DNA of 64,000 bases, taken from positions 1-64,000 of the forward strand of contig CAWBMP010000002.1 of NCBI GenBank assembly GCA_963790025.1, given 5' to 3'. The translations under genes and the position numbers were made by a program. The DNA is from Nitrospirota bacterium. Its GTDB lineage: Bacteria > Nitrospirota > Thermodesulfovibrionia > Thermodesulfovibrionales > Dissulfurispiraceae. The notes beneath the pieces are model-generated. The model had not been told where the DNA came from, did not search any database, and saw only the letters and a list, made by a program, of their open reading frames with translations. Position 1 is the stretch's first letter. Each line of letters opens with the position of its first letter. Below are positions 1 to 10,235 of the stretch, in pieces.

Positions 1-2
1 AA

Positions 3-863
3 ATGAAAACTATTGTCCTCGACAAATCCTCAACTGCCGGGGCACTGGCATATGCAAGCCTTATCGAGAATTACCCTGGTCTTGCAGCGCCGGTTTCAGG
101 GATGGAATTACTTGATCTGTTCCGCAAACAGGCCCTGGCTTTCGGTGCAGAATTCGTGGAAACTCAGGTTATCGGAGTATCACTGGACGGAGAGATAAAA
201 GAAGTATTCACTATGGACAATGCGTATCATGGCAAAACCGTCATAATAGCCACGGGTTCTATGGGGAGGAAGGCGTCCATCCCGGGAGAGGCGGATTATC
301 TCGGCAAGGGTGTAAGTTACTGCGCAATCTGCGACTGCGCATTCTTCAAGGGTAAAATCGTCTGCGTAACCGGCGATTCCGAGGAGGCGGTAAAAGAAGC
401 GGGCATGTTGACGCGGTTTGCAGAAACAGTTTATCTGATAGCACCTTCACAAAAGCTGAAAGTGGCTGACGACAATCCGGTCCTTGCTATCCCTAATCTG
501 AAGGTGATTACCGGGCACACAGTCACGGCTATTGAGGGCGGTGAGGTTGTAGAGAAAATAAAGCTCAGAGACACACAGGGGAAGGAGAGTGAGATTGAAC
601 TATCAGGCGTTTTCGTGTATCTGCACGGCAGCAAGCCGGTAACAGAGTTCCTCCAGGGCGCCGTAGAGACCTCTGAAAATGAATGCATAACAACTAATAC
701 CATGAAAGAAACCACCATACCGGGTGTGTTCAGCGCCGGGGATGTCACCTGCACGGAAGTCAGACAGGTGGTCGTGGCCGCTGCCCATGGGTGTCTCGCA
801 GCGCTTTCTGCCGAAAAGTACGTTTTTAACCGCAAACGGAGGAAATACGACTGGCATGGATAG
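3..863 (+). CDS. trxB: Thioredoxin-disulfide reductase (5' end probably outside window)
   Basis: GKGVSYCAICD redox motif, ENYPG, IIATG, GVFSAGD; N-terminal GxGxxG not present, so truncated by the window edge. Confidence 0.9.
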   Translation: MKTIVLDKSSTAGALAYASLIENYPGLAAPVSGMELLDLFRKQALAFGAEFVETQVIGVSLDGEIKEVFTMDNAYHGKTVIIATGSMGRKASIPGEADYLGKGVSYCAICDCAFFKGKIVCVTGDSEEAVKEAGMLTRFAETVYLIAPSQKLKVADDNPVLAIPNLKVITGHTVTAIEGGEVVEKIKLRDTQGKESEIELSGVFVYLHGSKPVTEFLQGAVETSENECITTNTMKETTIPGVFSAGDVTCTEVRQVVVAAAHGCLAALSAEKYVFNRKRRKYDWHG

Positions 864-898
864 AAAAAGCAAGTGTCAGAGTATCAGAGTATCAAAAT

Positions 899-1306
899 AT
901 GCAAAGTAACTACGATGAAATCAGGAACATGGTGCTGGACCATATGGAAAAGGGGTTCCTTGAGAACATCATAGACATGCTCAAGCACGATGACTCCCTT
1001 TATCCGCTCGTCACTGATATGATAACCGATGAGAGGTTACGCGTGCGGCTGGGGGCAACCGCGCTCGTGGAGGAATTGGCGCAAGACATCGACGGACCGC
1101 CGGAACCGCTAATACAGCTTATTCCCTCGATTGGAGATCTTCTGCAAGACAAAAACCCGACCGTGCGCGGAGATGCGGCAAACCTGCTTGAAATCATAGG
1201 GCACAGGGACGCGCTTCCCTTCCTGCTTAAGGTCCGTGATGATAAGAACGAGAGTGTGAGGGAAATAGTGGAAGACGCTATCAGGGGAATTGTGAAGCGC
1301 AACTGA
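899..1306 (+). CDS. HEAT-repeat protein
   Basis: Repeats LLQDKNPTVRGDAANLL / DDKNESVREIVEDA. Confidence 0.75.
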   Translation: MQSNYDEIRNMVLDHMEKGFLENIIDMLKHDDSLYPLVTDMITDERLRVRLGATALVEELAQDIDGPPEPLIQLIPSIGDLLQDKNPTVRGDAANLLEIIGHRDALPFLLKVRDDKNESVREIVEDAIRGIVKRN

Positions 1307-1444
1307 ACTTCCTCGGTGGCAAACCGTTGCGTATTTTACCGTGCGCGCCTGAAAACCCGAAAGAAATACCTTCTCCCCCTACCGCCATGCTAAAATAAAA
1401 CAGGCGTTCAAACAGAATTTTCTGAGCAACCTTGACTGGAATGA

Positions 1445-3175
1445 ATGGTAAAAAAAATAAAAAGTAATAACAGGAACCAATCCTTAAACATTTCCGATGC
1501 CCTTCGATCAGCCTTAATGTATCAGCAGAAGGGAGAGTTGCAACAAGCAGCAGCGCTTTATAATGAAATACTGTGCGCGGATAAAAACAATGCTGATGCA
1601 TTACATTTGCTTGGTGTAATCGCCCGCGAATCCGGTAAGAACGAAGAAGCAATCGAGTTAATTGAAAAAGGTATAGCGAGTTACCGCCGTGCATTATCCT
1701 TAAAACCCGATTATCCCGAGGCTCTTAACAATTTGGGCGCTGCGCTTAAAGAACAGGGGAAGCTTGATGAAGCGGTAGTCTGCTATCATCGAGCATTATC
1801 CTTAAAAGCCGATTATCCCGAGGCTCTTAACAATCTGGGCGTTGCGCTTAAAGAGCAGGGCAAGTTCGAGAAAGCAATTATGAGTTTCATCTGTGCATTG
1901 TCCTTAAAACCTGACTTTTACCAAGCACATAATAATTTGGGCGCTGCGCTTAAAGAACAGGGGAAGCTTGATGAAGCAGTAGTCTGCTTTCATCGAGCAT
2001 TGTCCTTAAAACCCGATTATCCCGAGGCTCTTAACAATCTGGGCATTGCGCTTAAAGAGCAGGGCAAGCTGGAAGAAGCAATAACAAGTTACGTCCGTGC
2101 ATTGTCCCTAAACCCTGACTTTTACCAAGCACATAACAATCTGGGCATTGCGCTTCAGAAAAAAGGGAGGATCGAAGAAGCAGTAACCTCCTTTCATCGT
2201 GCATTGTCCCTAAAACCTGATTGGCCTGATGGGCATTTTAACTTGTCTGTTGCCTATCTTTTAAAAGGTAATTTCAAAGAAGGATGGGAAGAGTCTCAAT
2301 ATCGACTCAGGAAGCAGGATGTTTCTAAGTCTTTTTATCCTTATCACCTTGATTTTACCCAACCTTATTGGGATGGTTCTGATATTAAAGGCAAGACTAT
2401 TTTACTTTGGGCTGAACAGGGATTGGGAGATGTTGTCCAGTTTATAAGATATGTCCCTATGGTTTTTGAAAAAACCGACAAAATAATAGTTGAATGCCAG
2501 AAGGAACTGATTACCCTAATGCAAAGAATAAACAGTATACATCAAGTTGTCGCTCAAGGACAACAATTGCCTGACTTTGATGTTCATTGTCCTTTGTTAA
2601 CCCTGCCTTTGGTTTTTAATACAACACTTCAAACAATACCAGCTGCAATCCCCTATATAATGAGTGATCGTCAAAAAGTTTTAATGTGGCTGCAACGGCT
2701 TCAATCCGATAGTGCCAGGCTCAAAGTTGGTTTGTGCTGGGCAGGCAATCCGGCGCATAAGAATGACCGCATTCGTTCAATATCTCTGGATCTGTTTTCA
2801 CAGCTTGGAGAGATGGAAGACGTTACTTTTTACAGCCTGCAGAAGGGAGAGGCAGCAGGGCAGACAGGGAATCCTCCCAACGGGATGCACCTCGTCGATT
2901 ATACGAATGACCTGAATGACTTTTCTGATACGGCCGCTTTGATCGAAAATCTTGATCTTGTAATTTCCGTTGATACTGTAATAGTTCATTTAGCCGGAGC
3001 ACTGGGTAAACCGGTCTGGACTTTACTTCCGTTTATGCCTGATTGGCGATGGATGTTGGACCGGGGGGACAGCCCCTGGTATCCGACAATGCGGCTGTAC
3101 CGGCAACCGGCATATGGAGACTGGAATAGTGTTCTGAGAATGATTAAACATGAGCTTCACGCGGTTACTATATAG
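1445..3175 (+). CDS. TPR protein with C-terminal glycosyltransferase (GT9/GT41-like) domain
   Basis: Tandem 34-aa TPRs (ALSLKPDYPEALNNLG); C-terminal EQGLGDVVQFIRY, LDLVISVDT, HLAGALG, DWRW, SPWYP motifs. Confidence 0.9.
   Translation: MVKKIKSNNRNQSLNISDALRSALMYQQKGELQQAAALYNEILCADKNNADALHLLGVIARESGKNEEAIELIEKGIASYRRALSLKPDYPEALNNLGAALKEQGKLDEAVVCYHRALSLKADYPEALNNLGVALKEQGKFEKAIMSFICALSLKPDFYQAHNNLGAALKEQGKLDEAVVCFHRALSLKPDYPEALNNLGIALKEQGKLEEAITSYVRALSLNPDFYQAHNNLGIALQKKGRIEEAVTSFHRALSLKPDWPDGHFNLSVAYLLKGNFKEGWEESQYRLRKQDVSKSFYPYHLDFTQPYWDGSDIKGKTILLWAEQGLGDVVQFIRYVPMVFEKTDKIIVECQKELITLMQRINSIHQVVAQGQQLPDFDVHCPLLTLPLVFNTTLQTIPAAIPYIMSDRQKVLMWLQRLQSDSARLKVGLCWAGNPAHKNDRIRSISLDLFSQLGEMEDVTFYSLQKGEAAGQTGNPPNGMHLVDYTNDLNDFSDTAALIENLDLVISVDTVIVHLAGALGKPVWTLLPFMPDWRWMLDRGDSPWYPTMRLYRQPAYGDWNSVLRMIKHELHAVTI
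1691..2220 (+). repeat. 102-bp tandem repeat encoding TPR units
   Basis: gcattRtccYtaaa recurs at 1691, 1793, 1895, 1997, 2099, 2201. Confidence 0.9.
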
Positions 3176-3209
3176 AAAAACATAGCACTGAAAAAAAAAT
3201 GGAGGGTTT

Positions 3210-3851
3210 ATGAACGAATTCGAATCTTGGCACAACGATGTTATAGGCGAAAAGACGGTGGCCTCTTTGAAAAAAAACAGATTTACCGCCATGTATTGCA
3301 AAACCGGGTCTGAAGCAGTGGAAAAGATTCTGGAGCAGATACCCGTCAATGCGTCGGTCGGAATAGGAGGTTCCTGGACAGTGATCCAACTGGGATTGCT
3401 TGATAAGTTGGCAGCTCGGAGCAATGAGGTATTAAATCACGGCAAACCCGGTTTGACCCCTGAGGAAGCAACAGCGATCCGAATCCGGCAGTTGACATGC
3501 GATGTATTTCTCACCGGCACCAATGCCGTAACGCTTGACGGGAAACTGGTCAATACAGACGGCGTTGGTAACCGTGTAGCAGCTATGATTTTTGGACCCA
3601 AGAAAGTAATCCTGGTAGTCGGGATCAACAAAATCGTCAAAGACGTGGAGGCAGCGGAAGAACGGATTAAATTGTATGCCGCACCCATCAACAACAAAAG
3701 GCTCAATCGTCCTAACCCCTGCACAACAACGGGTGAATGCATGGATTGTCAGGGCGAGACCAGGATATGTAATGTCACAACTATTATGAAAAAGAAGCCA
3801 CTGTTAACAGATGTCCATGTTTTTGTCGTAGGAGAAGAATTGGGCTTCTAA
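3210..3851 (+). CDS. LUD-domain (lactate utilization/YkgG-like) protein
   Basis: DVFLTGTNAVTLDGKLVNTDGVGNRVAAMIFGPKKVI; C-terminal PCTTTGECMDC...RIC. Confidence 0.85.
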   Translation: MNEFESWHNDVIGEKTVASLKKNRFTAMYCKTGSEAVEKILEQIPVNASVGIGGSWTVIQLGLLDKLAARSNEVLNHGKPGLTPEEATAIRIRQLTCDVFLTGTNAVTLDGKLVNTDGVGNRVAAMIFGPKKVILVVGINKIVKDVEAAEERIKLYAAPINNKRLNRPNPCTTTGECMDCQGETRICNVTTIMKKKPLLTDVHVFVVGEELGF

Positions 3852-4025
3852 TACGCCCGGTCTGCCATAATTCTAAATAGTACGAGTCATAATCTGTAGG
3901 GAGCACAATTAGACGGAATGTGAGGCATTGAAATGGACGGTCCTGATGCTAAGGTTTAACGTTGGGGGTCAGGCCTATACTATTAGGCACCCATGCTCGC
4001 AGTTACTGGGAAAGATTAAACAGTT

Positions 4026-4484
4026 ATGGTAAGAGTATTTTTTGCAGTTGCGATAATGGCAGTGATTTTATCCGGCTGTAGTTTATTAGTCCCCGGCGAG
4101 AGACATGAGAACATTCTGCAAACTGGACCTGGAAGATGGTATGACGGCATATCCGTACAGACTGCTCTGGAAATATCTTCCAAGTGCCTCGTAGAAGAAA
4201 AGATCACACCGGACCTGGTAAGTGTACGAGAGGTCGGGGCTAAGAGCACGGCGCAATACGTTGTTTCGAGTGACAGGACGAGGGATTTGCAGATCAAATT
4301 TACTCCCGGTTGGAAGGCACTATACCAGAAACCCTCAACGTATGTGGAATTCGCCACACCGGTCATGCCGGGGATGCTGCCGGTAAGATACGCGTATCAG
4401 GACTATCATGAATGTTTTGCAGAAGGTGTTTATAAGTATAAATTGAAAGAAGCAGCAAAAGAGGCAGGGACGCAGCAAAAATGA
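4026..4484 (+). CDS. Hypothetical lipoprotein
   Basis: Hydrophobic signal ending in lipobox LSGC. Confidence 0.6.
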   Translation: MVRVFFAVAIMAVILSGCSLLVPGERHENILQTGPGRWYDGISVQTALEISSKCLVEEKITPDLVSVREVGAKSTAQYVVSSDRTRDLQIKFTPGWKALYQKPSTYVEFATPVMPGMLPVRYAYQDYHECFAEGVYKYKLKEAAKEAGTQQK

Positions 4485-4546
4485 CCGGGCAGGAAGCCCG
4501 ACAATCGATTAAAAAATAAATAAAATCGGAAGTCCCATTAAAACTC

Positions 4547-5224
4547 TTACTCCAATGCCTTTAATAATGCCTCGGTATCCTGAAGAGTCTTAAATACCAT
4601 GTCCGCGCCGGCCTGGACAAGCGCATCAACCGGATACGGGCCGGTTCCCACGCCGATGCAGAATGCGCCATAAGGTTTTGCACAGCCGACATCACGCGGC
4701 GTATCGCCTATGATAATGCAGTCTTTGTACTCTATCCGCTTTTCGAAAAAAAGCTCGAACCGCCTGCGCGCAACCGGCAGCAGCCTGTTTCTGTCTTCAT
4801 CGTCGCTGCCGAACGCACCTGAAGGGAAGTAATGATTCAGGGCAAACGCCTCAAGTTTCATCCTGGCGCCCTGCTCGATGTTTCCGGTCAGGAGCCCCAG
4901 TCCATAGCGGCTGTCCATGTCGACAAGCGCATCAAGCGCCTCCCTAATGCCTGGTTTGATCTGCTTTTGCGTGCTCCGCATTTCTCTGTCGAGATGCCGC
5001 AGATAGGCCTTCATGACTTCGGGGACCTGGCCGTTGTCTGAAGCGATGTCGTGCGCTGCAAGTCCCTCCCGTATGATCTGGAGATCGGTCTTGCCGGCCA
5101 TGCTTATATGACTGAACGCGTCATTGACGGCAAACAACTCCCGGAATGCATAGTCGAGTGACCGCATCCCTGCCCCGCCCGAATCAATGAGTGTGCCGTC
5201 AATATCGAAAAGTATAAGCTTCAT
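4547..5224 (-). CDS. HAD-superfamily hydrolase (phosphoglycolate phosphatase-like)
   Basis: LFDIDGTL motif I, LLTGN motif II, IGDTPRD motif IV. Confidence 0.9.
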   Translation of the reverse strand: MKLILFDIDGTLIDSGGAGMRSLDYAFRELFAVNDAFSHISMAGKTDLQIIREGLAAHDIASDNGQVPEVMKAYLRHLDREMRSTQKQIKPGIREALDALVDMDSRYGLGLLTGNIEQGARMKLEAFALNHYFPSGAFGSDDEDRNRLLPVARRRFELFFEKRIEYKDCIIIGDTPRDVGCAKPYGAFCIGVGTGPYPVDALVQAGADMVFKTLQDTEALLKALE

Positions 5225-5312
5225 GTTTTGCTCATTCCCCGGAAACAGGTTTTTTTTAGCGCACTTTTAATATTTTACATTATAACATCATATTTTTTTA
5301 TAATAGAATCAG

Positions 5313-6302
5313 GTGAGTGAAAAACCGAAATTGAGCATGTATTGGGGAGCGTCATGCGGCGGGTGCGAGATGGCACTGCTGAGCATTAACGAAAAAATTC
5401 TCGATGTGGCCTCACATTTTGACTTCATGTTCTGTCCCTGCCTGATTGATACGAAACGGAAAGATATTGAGGCGATTCCTGATAAGAGCATAGCCGTCAC
5501 TTTTTTTAACGGCGCGATCAGGACTGCAGAAAACGAGGAAATGGCCCGGCTGCTGAGAAATAAATCCCGAATGCTCGTTGCCTTCGGCTCATGCTCATAT
5601 GAAGGATGTATCCCGGGGCTGAGTAATCTCTCGTCACGAACGCGGCATTTCAGCACTATCTTTAATGAGAGTCCCAGCATAGATAACCCACTGGGCATAA
5701 GGCCAAAGACTGAAACGGCCGTCGCCGAAGGGGACCTTTATTTGCCCTCTTTTTTCGAATGCGTGAAAACACTGGACCAGGTTGTGGAAGTTGATTATTC
5801 GGTCCCCGGATGTCCGCCGGAGCCGCATCAGGTATGGAGGGTCCTCGAGTCCCTCATCAGCACAAATGCCCTGCCTCTCAAAGGCGGCGTAATCGGGGCC
5901 GGAATTTCCGCAGTGTGCGATGAATGCGACAGAACCAAGAATGAAAAACATATCCGGAAGTTGCACAGAATTTACGAGGTGGTTCCCGACCGGAAGCAAT
6001 GCCTCCTGGACCAGGGCATTATCTGTATGGGCATAGCAACCAGAAGCGGTTGCGGTTGCCGGTGCCCTCAGGTCAATATGCCGTGCACCGGCTGCTATGG
6101 CCCTCCGGAGGGAGTAATTGACCAGGGCGCAAAAATGATTGCGGCTTTGGGTTCGGTATTGGATGTGGGCGGAACGAAGAGACTGACCGAAGAAGAAATT
6201 ATTAAGAGAGTGGAAGATATTATACAGGCCATTCCGGACCTTGCAGGGACCTTTTACAAGTTTAGTCTTCCGGCTTCTATACTGAGGAATAAGGCCGGAT
6301 GA
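5313..6302 (+). CDS. mvhG: Group 3c [NiFe]-hydrogenase small subunit
   Basis: SCGGCE, AFGSC, PGCPP, distal CDEC, CLLDQG.ICMG, CTGCYG; no Tat leader; GTG start. Confidence 0.85.
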   Translation: MSEKPKLSMYWGASCGGCEMALLSINEKILDVASHFDFMFCPCLIDTKRKDIEAIPDKSIAVTFFNGAIRTAENEEMARLLRNKSRMLVAFGSCSYEGCIPGLSNLSSRTRHFSTIFNESPSIDNPLGIRPKTETAVAEGDLYLPSFFECVKTLDQVVEVDYSVPGCPPEPHQVWRVLESLISTNALPLKGGVIGAGISAVCDECDRTKNEKHIRKLHRIYEVVPDRKQCLLDQGIICMGIATRSGCGCRCPQVNMPCTGCYGPPEGVIDQGAKMIAALGSVLDVGGTKRLTEEEIIKRVEDIIQAIPDLAGTFYKFSLPASILRNKAG

Positions 6303-7783
6303 AACGTATCAGCATAGACCCAATTACGAGGCTTGAGGGTCATGGGAAGATAGAGATTTTTTTGAATGAGGACGGCGATGTGCAAAATGCCTACTTCCAG
6401 GTGCCGGAGTTGCGCGGGTTTGAGCAATTCTGTGTCGGCAGGCTCGCCGAGGACATGCCGGTGATCACCGCCAGGATCTGCGGTATCTGCCCCGAGGCCC
6501 ATCACATGGCGTCTGTCAAAGCGCTGGATGCCCTGTTTGATGTTGAGCCTCCTCCTGCTGCAAAAAAAATACGTGAACTTCTCTATATGGCATTTTTCGT
6601 TTCCGACCACACAACACATTTTTACGCAATGGGAGGACCTGATTTCATTGTCGGTCATGATGCCGCTCCATCAGAGAGGAACCTCCTCGGAGTCATCAGA
6701 AAGGTCGGAGTTGATATCGGCCGGCAGATAATGGATTGCAGGGCGCGAAACCACCGTGTGATAGAAATGCTCGGCGGACGTGGGATCCACCTGGTCGGCG
6801 GTCTTCCCGGAGGATGGAGCAAGGCCGTCTCAGGGGAAGAAAGGTTGGAAATAGAAGCGCATGCAAGAAAAAATATCGATTTTGCACTGTTGTCACTCAA
6901 GCTCTTTGATGATATCGTTTTAGGAAATACAGTTTACCGCGAGCTCCTGACTTCAGATATCTATACGCATAAGACCTACTATATGGGAACAGTGGACGGA
7001 CACGGCAGTATTAACTTTTATGACGGGATGATGAAGGTCGTTGACCCGGACGGTAATGACTTTATAACGTATCACCCGCGAGACTACGCATTGCATATAG
7101 CGGAGCACGTGGAGCAATGGACCTATCTGAAATTTCCTTATCTCAGGCAAGTCGGGTGGAGTGGCTTTGAGGACGGAGGCAGCAGCGGCGTCTACTGCGC
7201 CTCCCCTCTTGCGAGGCTAAATGTTTCGAACAGTATGGCGACTCCCCTGGCGCAGGAGCATTTCGAGCGCTTTTATAATTTTTTTGGAAGCCACAAGATC
7301 AATGGCCGTTATCAGCCCGTACATTTCAGACTGGCAACTCATTGGGCCCGGCTCATAGAAATGTTATATGCAGCGGAGCGCATGCTCGAACTCGCTGTTG
7401 ACCCTGAAATCACATCTTCTTCTGTCAGGACCATTCCAGGACACATCACAGGCATCGGGATAGGAACTGTCGAAGCACCGAGAGGTACCCTGACTCATCA
7501 TTACGAAACCGACGAGAGGGGAGTCATTAAAAAAATGAATCTGATAGTCGGTACCACAAATAACCATGCCCCGATTTCGATGTCGATAAAAAGGGCGGCC
7601 GCAGCACTGATAAAGAGAGGAAAAGCCATTGAAGAACAGCTTCTTAATAAAATCGAGATGGCTTTCAGGCTATATGATCCCTGTCTTTCCTGTGCGACGC
7701 ATTCCCTGCCGGGCGCAATGCCGCTCGTGGTGACCATAAGAGATTTCAATGGAGAAGTCGTCAGAAACATAGCGCGGGAATAG
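6299..7783 (+). CDS. mvhA: Group 3c [NiFe]-hydrogenase large subunit
   Basis: TRLEGHG, L1 RICGICPEAH, EAPRG, L2 YDPCLSCATH plus cleavable C-tail. Confidence 0.9.
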   Translation: MKRISIDPITRLEGHGKIEIFLNEDGDVQNAYFQVPELRGFEQFCVGRLAEDMPVITARICGICPEAHHMASVKALDALFDVEPPPAAKKIRELLYMAFFVSDHTTHFYAMGGPDFIVGHDAAPSERNLLGVIRKVGVDIGRQIMDCRARNHRVIEMLGGRGIHLVGGLPGGWSKAVSGEERLEIEAHARKNIDFALLSLKLFDDIVLGNTVYRELLTSDIYTHKTYYMGTVDGHGSINFYDGMMKVVDPDGNDFITYHPRDYALHIAEHVEQWTYLKFPYLRQVGWSGFEDGGSSGVYCASPLARLNVSNSMATPLAQEHFERFYNFFGSHKINGRYQPVHFRLATHWARLIEMLYAAERMLELAVDPEITSSSVRTIPGHITGIGIGTVEAPRGTLTHHYETDERGVIKKMNLIVGTTNNHAPISMSIKRAAAALIKRGKAIEEQLLNKIEMAFRLYDPCLSCATHSLPGAMPLVVTIRDFNGEVVRNIARE

Positions 7784-7789
7784 CTAATA

Positions 7790-8257
7790 ATGGAAAAAGT
7801 GGCGGAAACAGTAATAATAGGACTCGGCAATCCGGTCCTCACCGACGACAGAGTGGGAATACGCGTAGCCGGACTGTTAAGAGATAAGCTTGCCTGGAAC
7901 GGCACTGTTGATGTGGTGATATTGTATGCCGGCGGTATACACCTTTTAGATGCATTGGCCGGCTACGAAAGGGCCATCATTATTGATGCGATAGTCACCG
8001 GCAGCAATAAGCCCGGCACAATACTCCGGCTTTCTCCCGGTGACATACTCCAGACAAACAATAGTGTTTCAATTCATGAAATCAACCTTCCGGCCGCGCT
8101 CAAAATTGGAGAGATGCTCGGCTTTCGATTGCCATCAGACATTATAATTTTCGCGATAGAGGCCGGGGATATTCAAACCTTCAGCGAAAGTCTATCCCCT
8201 GAGGTCGAGACTGCGGTCCCTGAAGCGGTAGCCACAATAGTAAAGGAAATAGGGTAA
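7790..8257 (+). CDS. Hydrogenase maturation endopeptidase
   Basis: IIGLGNPVLTDDRVG, IIIDA, S.HE motifs; follows large subunit. Confidence 0.9.
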   Translation: MEKVAETVIIGLGNPVLTDDRVGIRVAGLLRDKLAWNGTVDVVILYAGGIHLLDALAGYERAIIIDAIVTGSNKPGTILRLSPGDILQTNNSVSIHEINLPAALKIGEMLGFRLPSDIIIFAIEAGDIQTFSESLSPEVETAVPEAVATIVKEIG

Positions 8258-8387
8258 ACTCACCGTAACCAAGAAAGCTCGTAACTATTTGAAAAAACTG
8301 AATTCTAGTCTTAACACTGATCACAAATAATTGTTTTTACCGAAACTGTCAATTATTACTGTCAATTGTCACTGCCCTATAATTTTC

Positions 8388-8417
8388 TTGCATTGGCTGT
8401 TAATAACAGTTTATACT
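8388..8417 (+). promoter_or_regulatory. Sigma70-type promoter with dyad operator in spacer
   Basis: TTGCAT(8388-8393)-N18-TATACT(8412-8417); perfect dyad CTGTTA-A-TAACAG at 8397-8409; direct repeat ACTGTCAATT at 8345 and 8358. Confidence 0.55.
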
Positions 8418-8423
8418 CTTGGA

Positions 8424-9353
8424 ATGCAAAATGGCGTGGAAAACAAATATACATTAGATAAGATTGTCAATAATCTGTCGGCGGAAGGGTATAAAATCAC
8501 CAAGAGAACGTTTCAGTTCTATGTGCAGGCAGGTCTTCTGCCTAAGGGGTCGCGTCAGGGACAGAAGACCGGCGGGGTAAAATTCTACTATCCTTTTTCT
8601 GTTATTGAAACGATAAAGTGGATATTCGAACTTAAAAGCAAGGGATTTAATTTGAGTGAGATAAAAGAGACACTCCTTCTTGCCAGGCAGGAAGAAAAAT
8701 TCTTGGGTGACGAGCAGCAGTTTTCCGAACAGGTCGGCAATCTTATAGGCCCCTCCTCCCGGCATGAAATAGAAAAGGCACTTCCACTGCAGGACCACGC
8801 GGCTGAGGATAAGGGGTTTAATTTTCTGAATAATGTTATGGCCGAAACACCGGGAGGCAAGGCATTGACCAGGTGCATGCAATGCGGGACCTGCGGTGGT
8901 TCATGCCCTTCGGCAATGGATATGGACTATACCCCCAGATATTTATTTGCAATGCTTCTGGCAGGTCTCAAACACGAAGTGCTTTCGAGCAATACTCCGT
9001 GGTTTTGCGTTTCATGTTATTACTGCACCGTAAGGTGTCCTCAGCAGATACCTATCACAGATATTATGTTTACCATAAAGCAGATGGCGGCGCGCGAAGG
9101 AATTGTCAAAATTACCGATGCATACGATTTTTCCAAAACATTTATTAATCTCGTGGAGCAATACGGACGCAGCTTTGACTTCGGTCTTGCAATGCGTTAC
9201 CGGCTTAATCATAACCCTGCAGACAGGCTGTCGTGGGGGTCTCTTGCATTGAAACTTTATAAAAAAGAACGAATAGTACTGGGACCGTCGAAGATTGCGG
9301 GTATCGACCAGCTCCGCAGCATCCTGGATGAGGCGAAACGGGGAAGACAGTAG
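8424..9353 (+). CDS. hdrC: Heterodisulfide reductase subunit C with N-terminal MerR-type HTH
   Basis: N-term YTLDKIV...ITKRTFQFYVQAGLLP...Y...IFELKSKGFNLSEIKE (MerR-like wHTH); C-term CMQCGTCGGSCP and WFCVSCYYCTVRCP; ATG 8424 preferred over TTG 8331. Confidence 0.85.
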   Translation: MQNGVENKYTLDKIVNNLSAEGYKITKRTFQFYVQAGLLPKGSRQGQKTGGVKFYYPFSVIETIKWIFELKSKGFNLSEIKETLLLARQEEKFLGDEQQFSEQVGNLIGPSSRHEIEKALPLQDHAAEDKGFNFLNNVMAETPGGKALTRCMQCGTCGGSCPSAMDMDYTPRYLFAMLLAGLKHEVLSSNTPWFCVSCYYCTVRCPQQIPITDIMFTIKQMAAREGIVKITDAYDFSKTFINLVEQYGRSFDFGLAMRYRLNHNPADRLSWGSLALKLYKKERIVLGPSKIAGIDQLRSILDEAKRGRQ

Positions 9354-9356
9354 GCC

Positions 9357-10235
9357 ATGAGATATGCTTTCTACCCAGGATGTGCTTCCGAGCACATGGC
9401 GCTGGCATACACGCAATCTATCAAGGCTGTGGCGGAACATTTTGGAATAGAATTGGTGGATATCCCGGATTGGAACTGCTGCGGCGCCACAGAATATCTG
9501 GCCCTCAACCGACTGGCCCATTACGCTCTTACTGCCCGTAATCTTGCATTGGTAATGCCGGGCATTGAGCAAATAATAGCCTCATGCAGCGCCTGTTATT
9601 TTAATTTGAGGCGCACCGATTCAAATATGTCTGAGCATCCGGAGCTATATACCGCCATAAATGGCGCTCTTGCAGCAGGTGACCTGTATTACATACCTGG
9701 AACACTCAGGATAAGGCATATTCTCGATGTTTTTATAAATGATATAGGGCTTGATACTATCAAAAGCAGTTTAGTAAACAGACTGGACAACTTAAGGGTC
9801 GCTCCTTACTATGGTTGTCTGCTGGGGAGGCCAAAAGGAGGTTTTGACCATCCGGAACACCCTATGTCCATGGACCATTTGCTTTCGGCGCTGGGTTCGA
9901 CAGTGATTGATTTTACAATGAAAGCCAATTGTTGCGGAGGGCATATGCCCCATATAAAAGCGGTCACCGCTTATGAACTTCTTCGGAGGATACTCCTTGA
10001 TGCCAAGAAAAAACACGCGAACATTATTGCCGTATTGTGCCCTGTATGCCAAATGAACCTTGATGCGTATCAGGAGGATGTAAACAAGCACTTCAATACC
10101 TCATTTAATATTCCGGTCCTCTTCTTTACGCAAATAATGGGGCTGGCCCTCGGCCTGGACCCTGATGCCCTCGGCATAGGCAAAGAGATTGTCTCTGCTT
10201 CACCTGTGCTTTCAGGCAGGGGTAATGGAGTATGA
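9357..10235 (+). CDS. hdrB: Heterodisulfide reductase subunit B
   Basis: YPGC, WNCCGA, CSAC, YYGC, CCGG, CPVCQMNLD: two CCG domains. Confidence 0.92.
   Translation: MRYAFYPGCASEHMALAYTQSIKAVAEHFGIELVDIPDWNCCGATEYLALNRLAHYALTARNLALVMPGIEQIIASCSACYFNLRRTDSNMSEHPELYTAINGALAAGDLYYIPGTLRIRHILDVFINDIGLDTIKSSLVNRLDNLRVAPYYGCLLGRPKGGFDHPEHPMSMDHLLSALGSTVIDFTMKANCCGGHMPHIKAVTAYELLRRILLDAKKKHANIIAVLCPVCQMNLDAYQEDVNKHFNTSFNIPVLFFTQIMGLALGLDPDALGIGKEIVSASPVLSGRGNGV

Noticed and set aside
1691..2220. Periodic repeats as a possible CRISPR array
   Set aside because: 102-nt in-frame coding repeats (TPR) with no unique spacers and no cas genes
8331..8423. TTG start extending hdrC by 31 aa
   Set aside because: Overlaps the predicted promoter and operator and looks non-coding; ATG 8424 preferred
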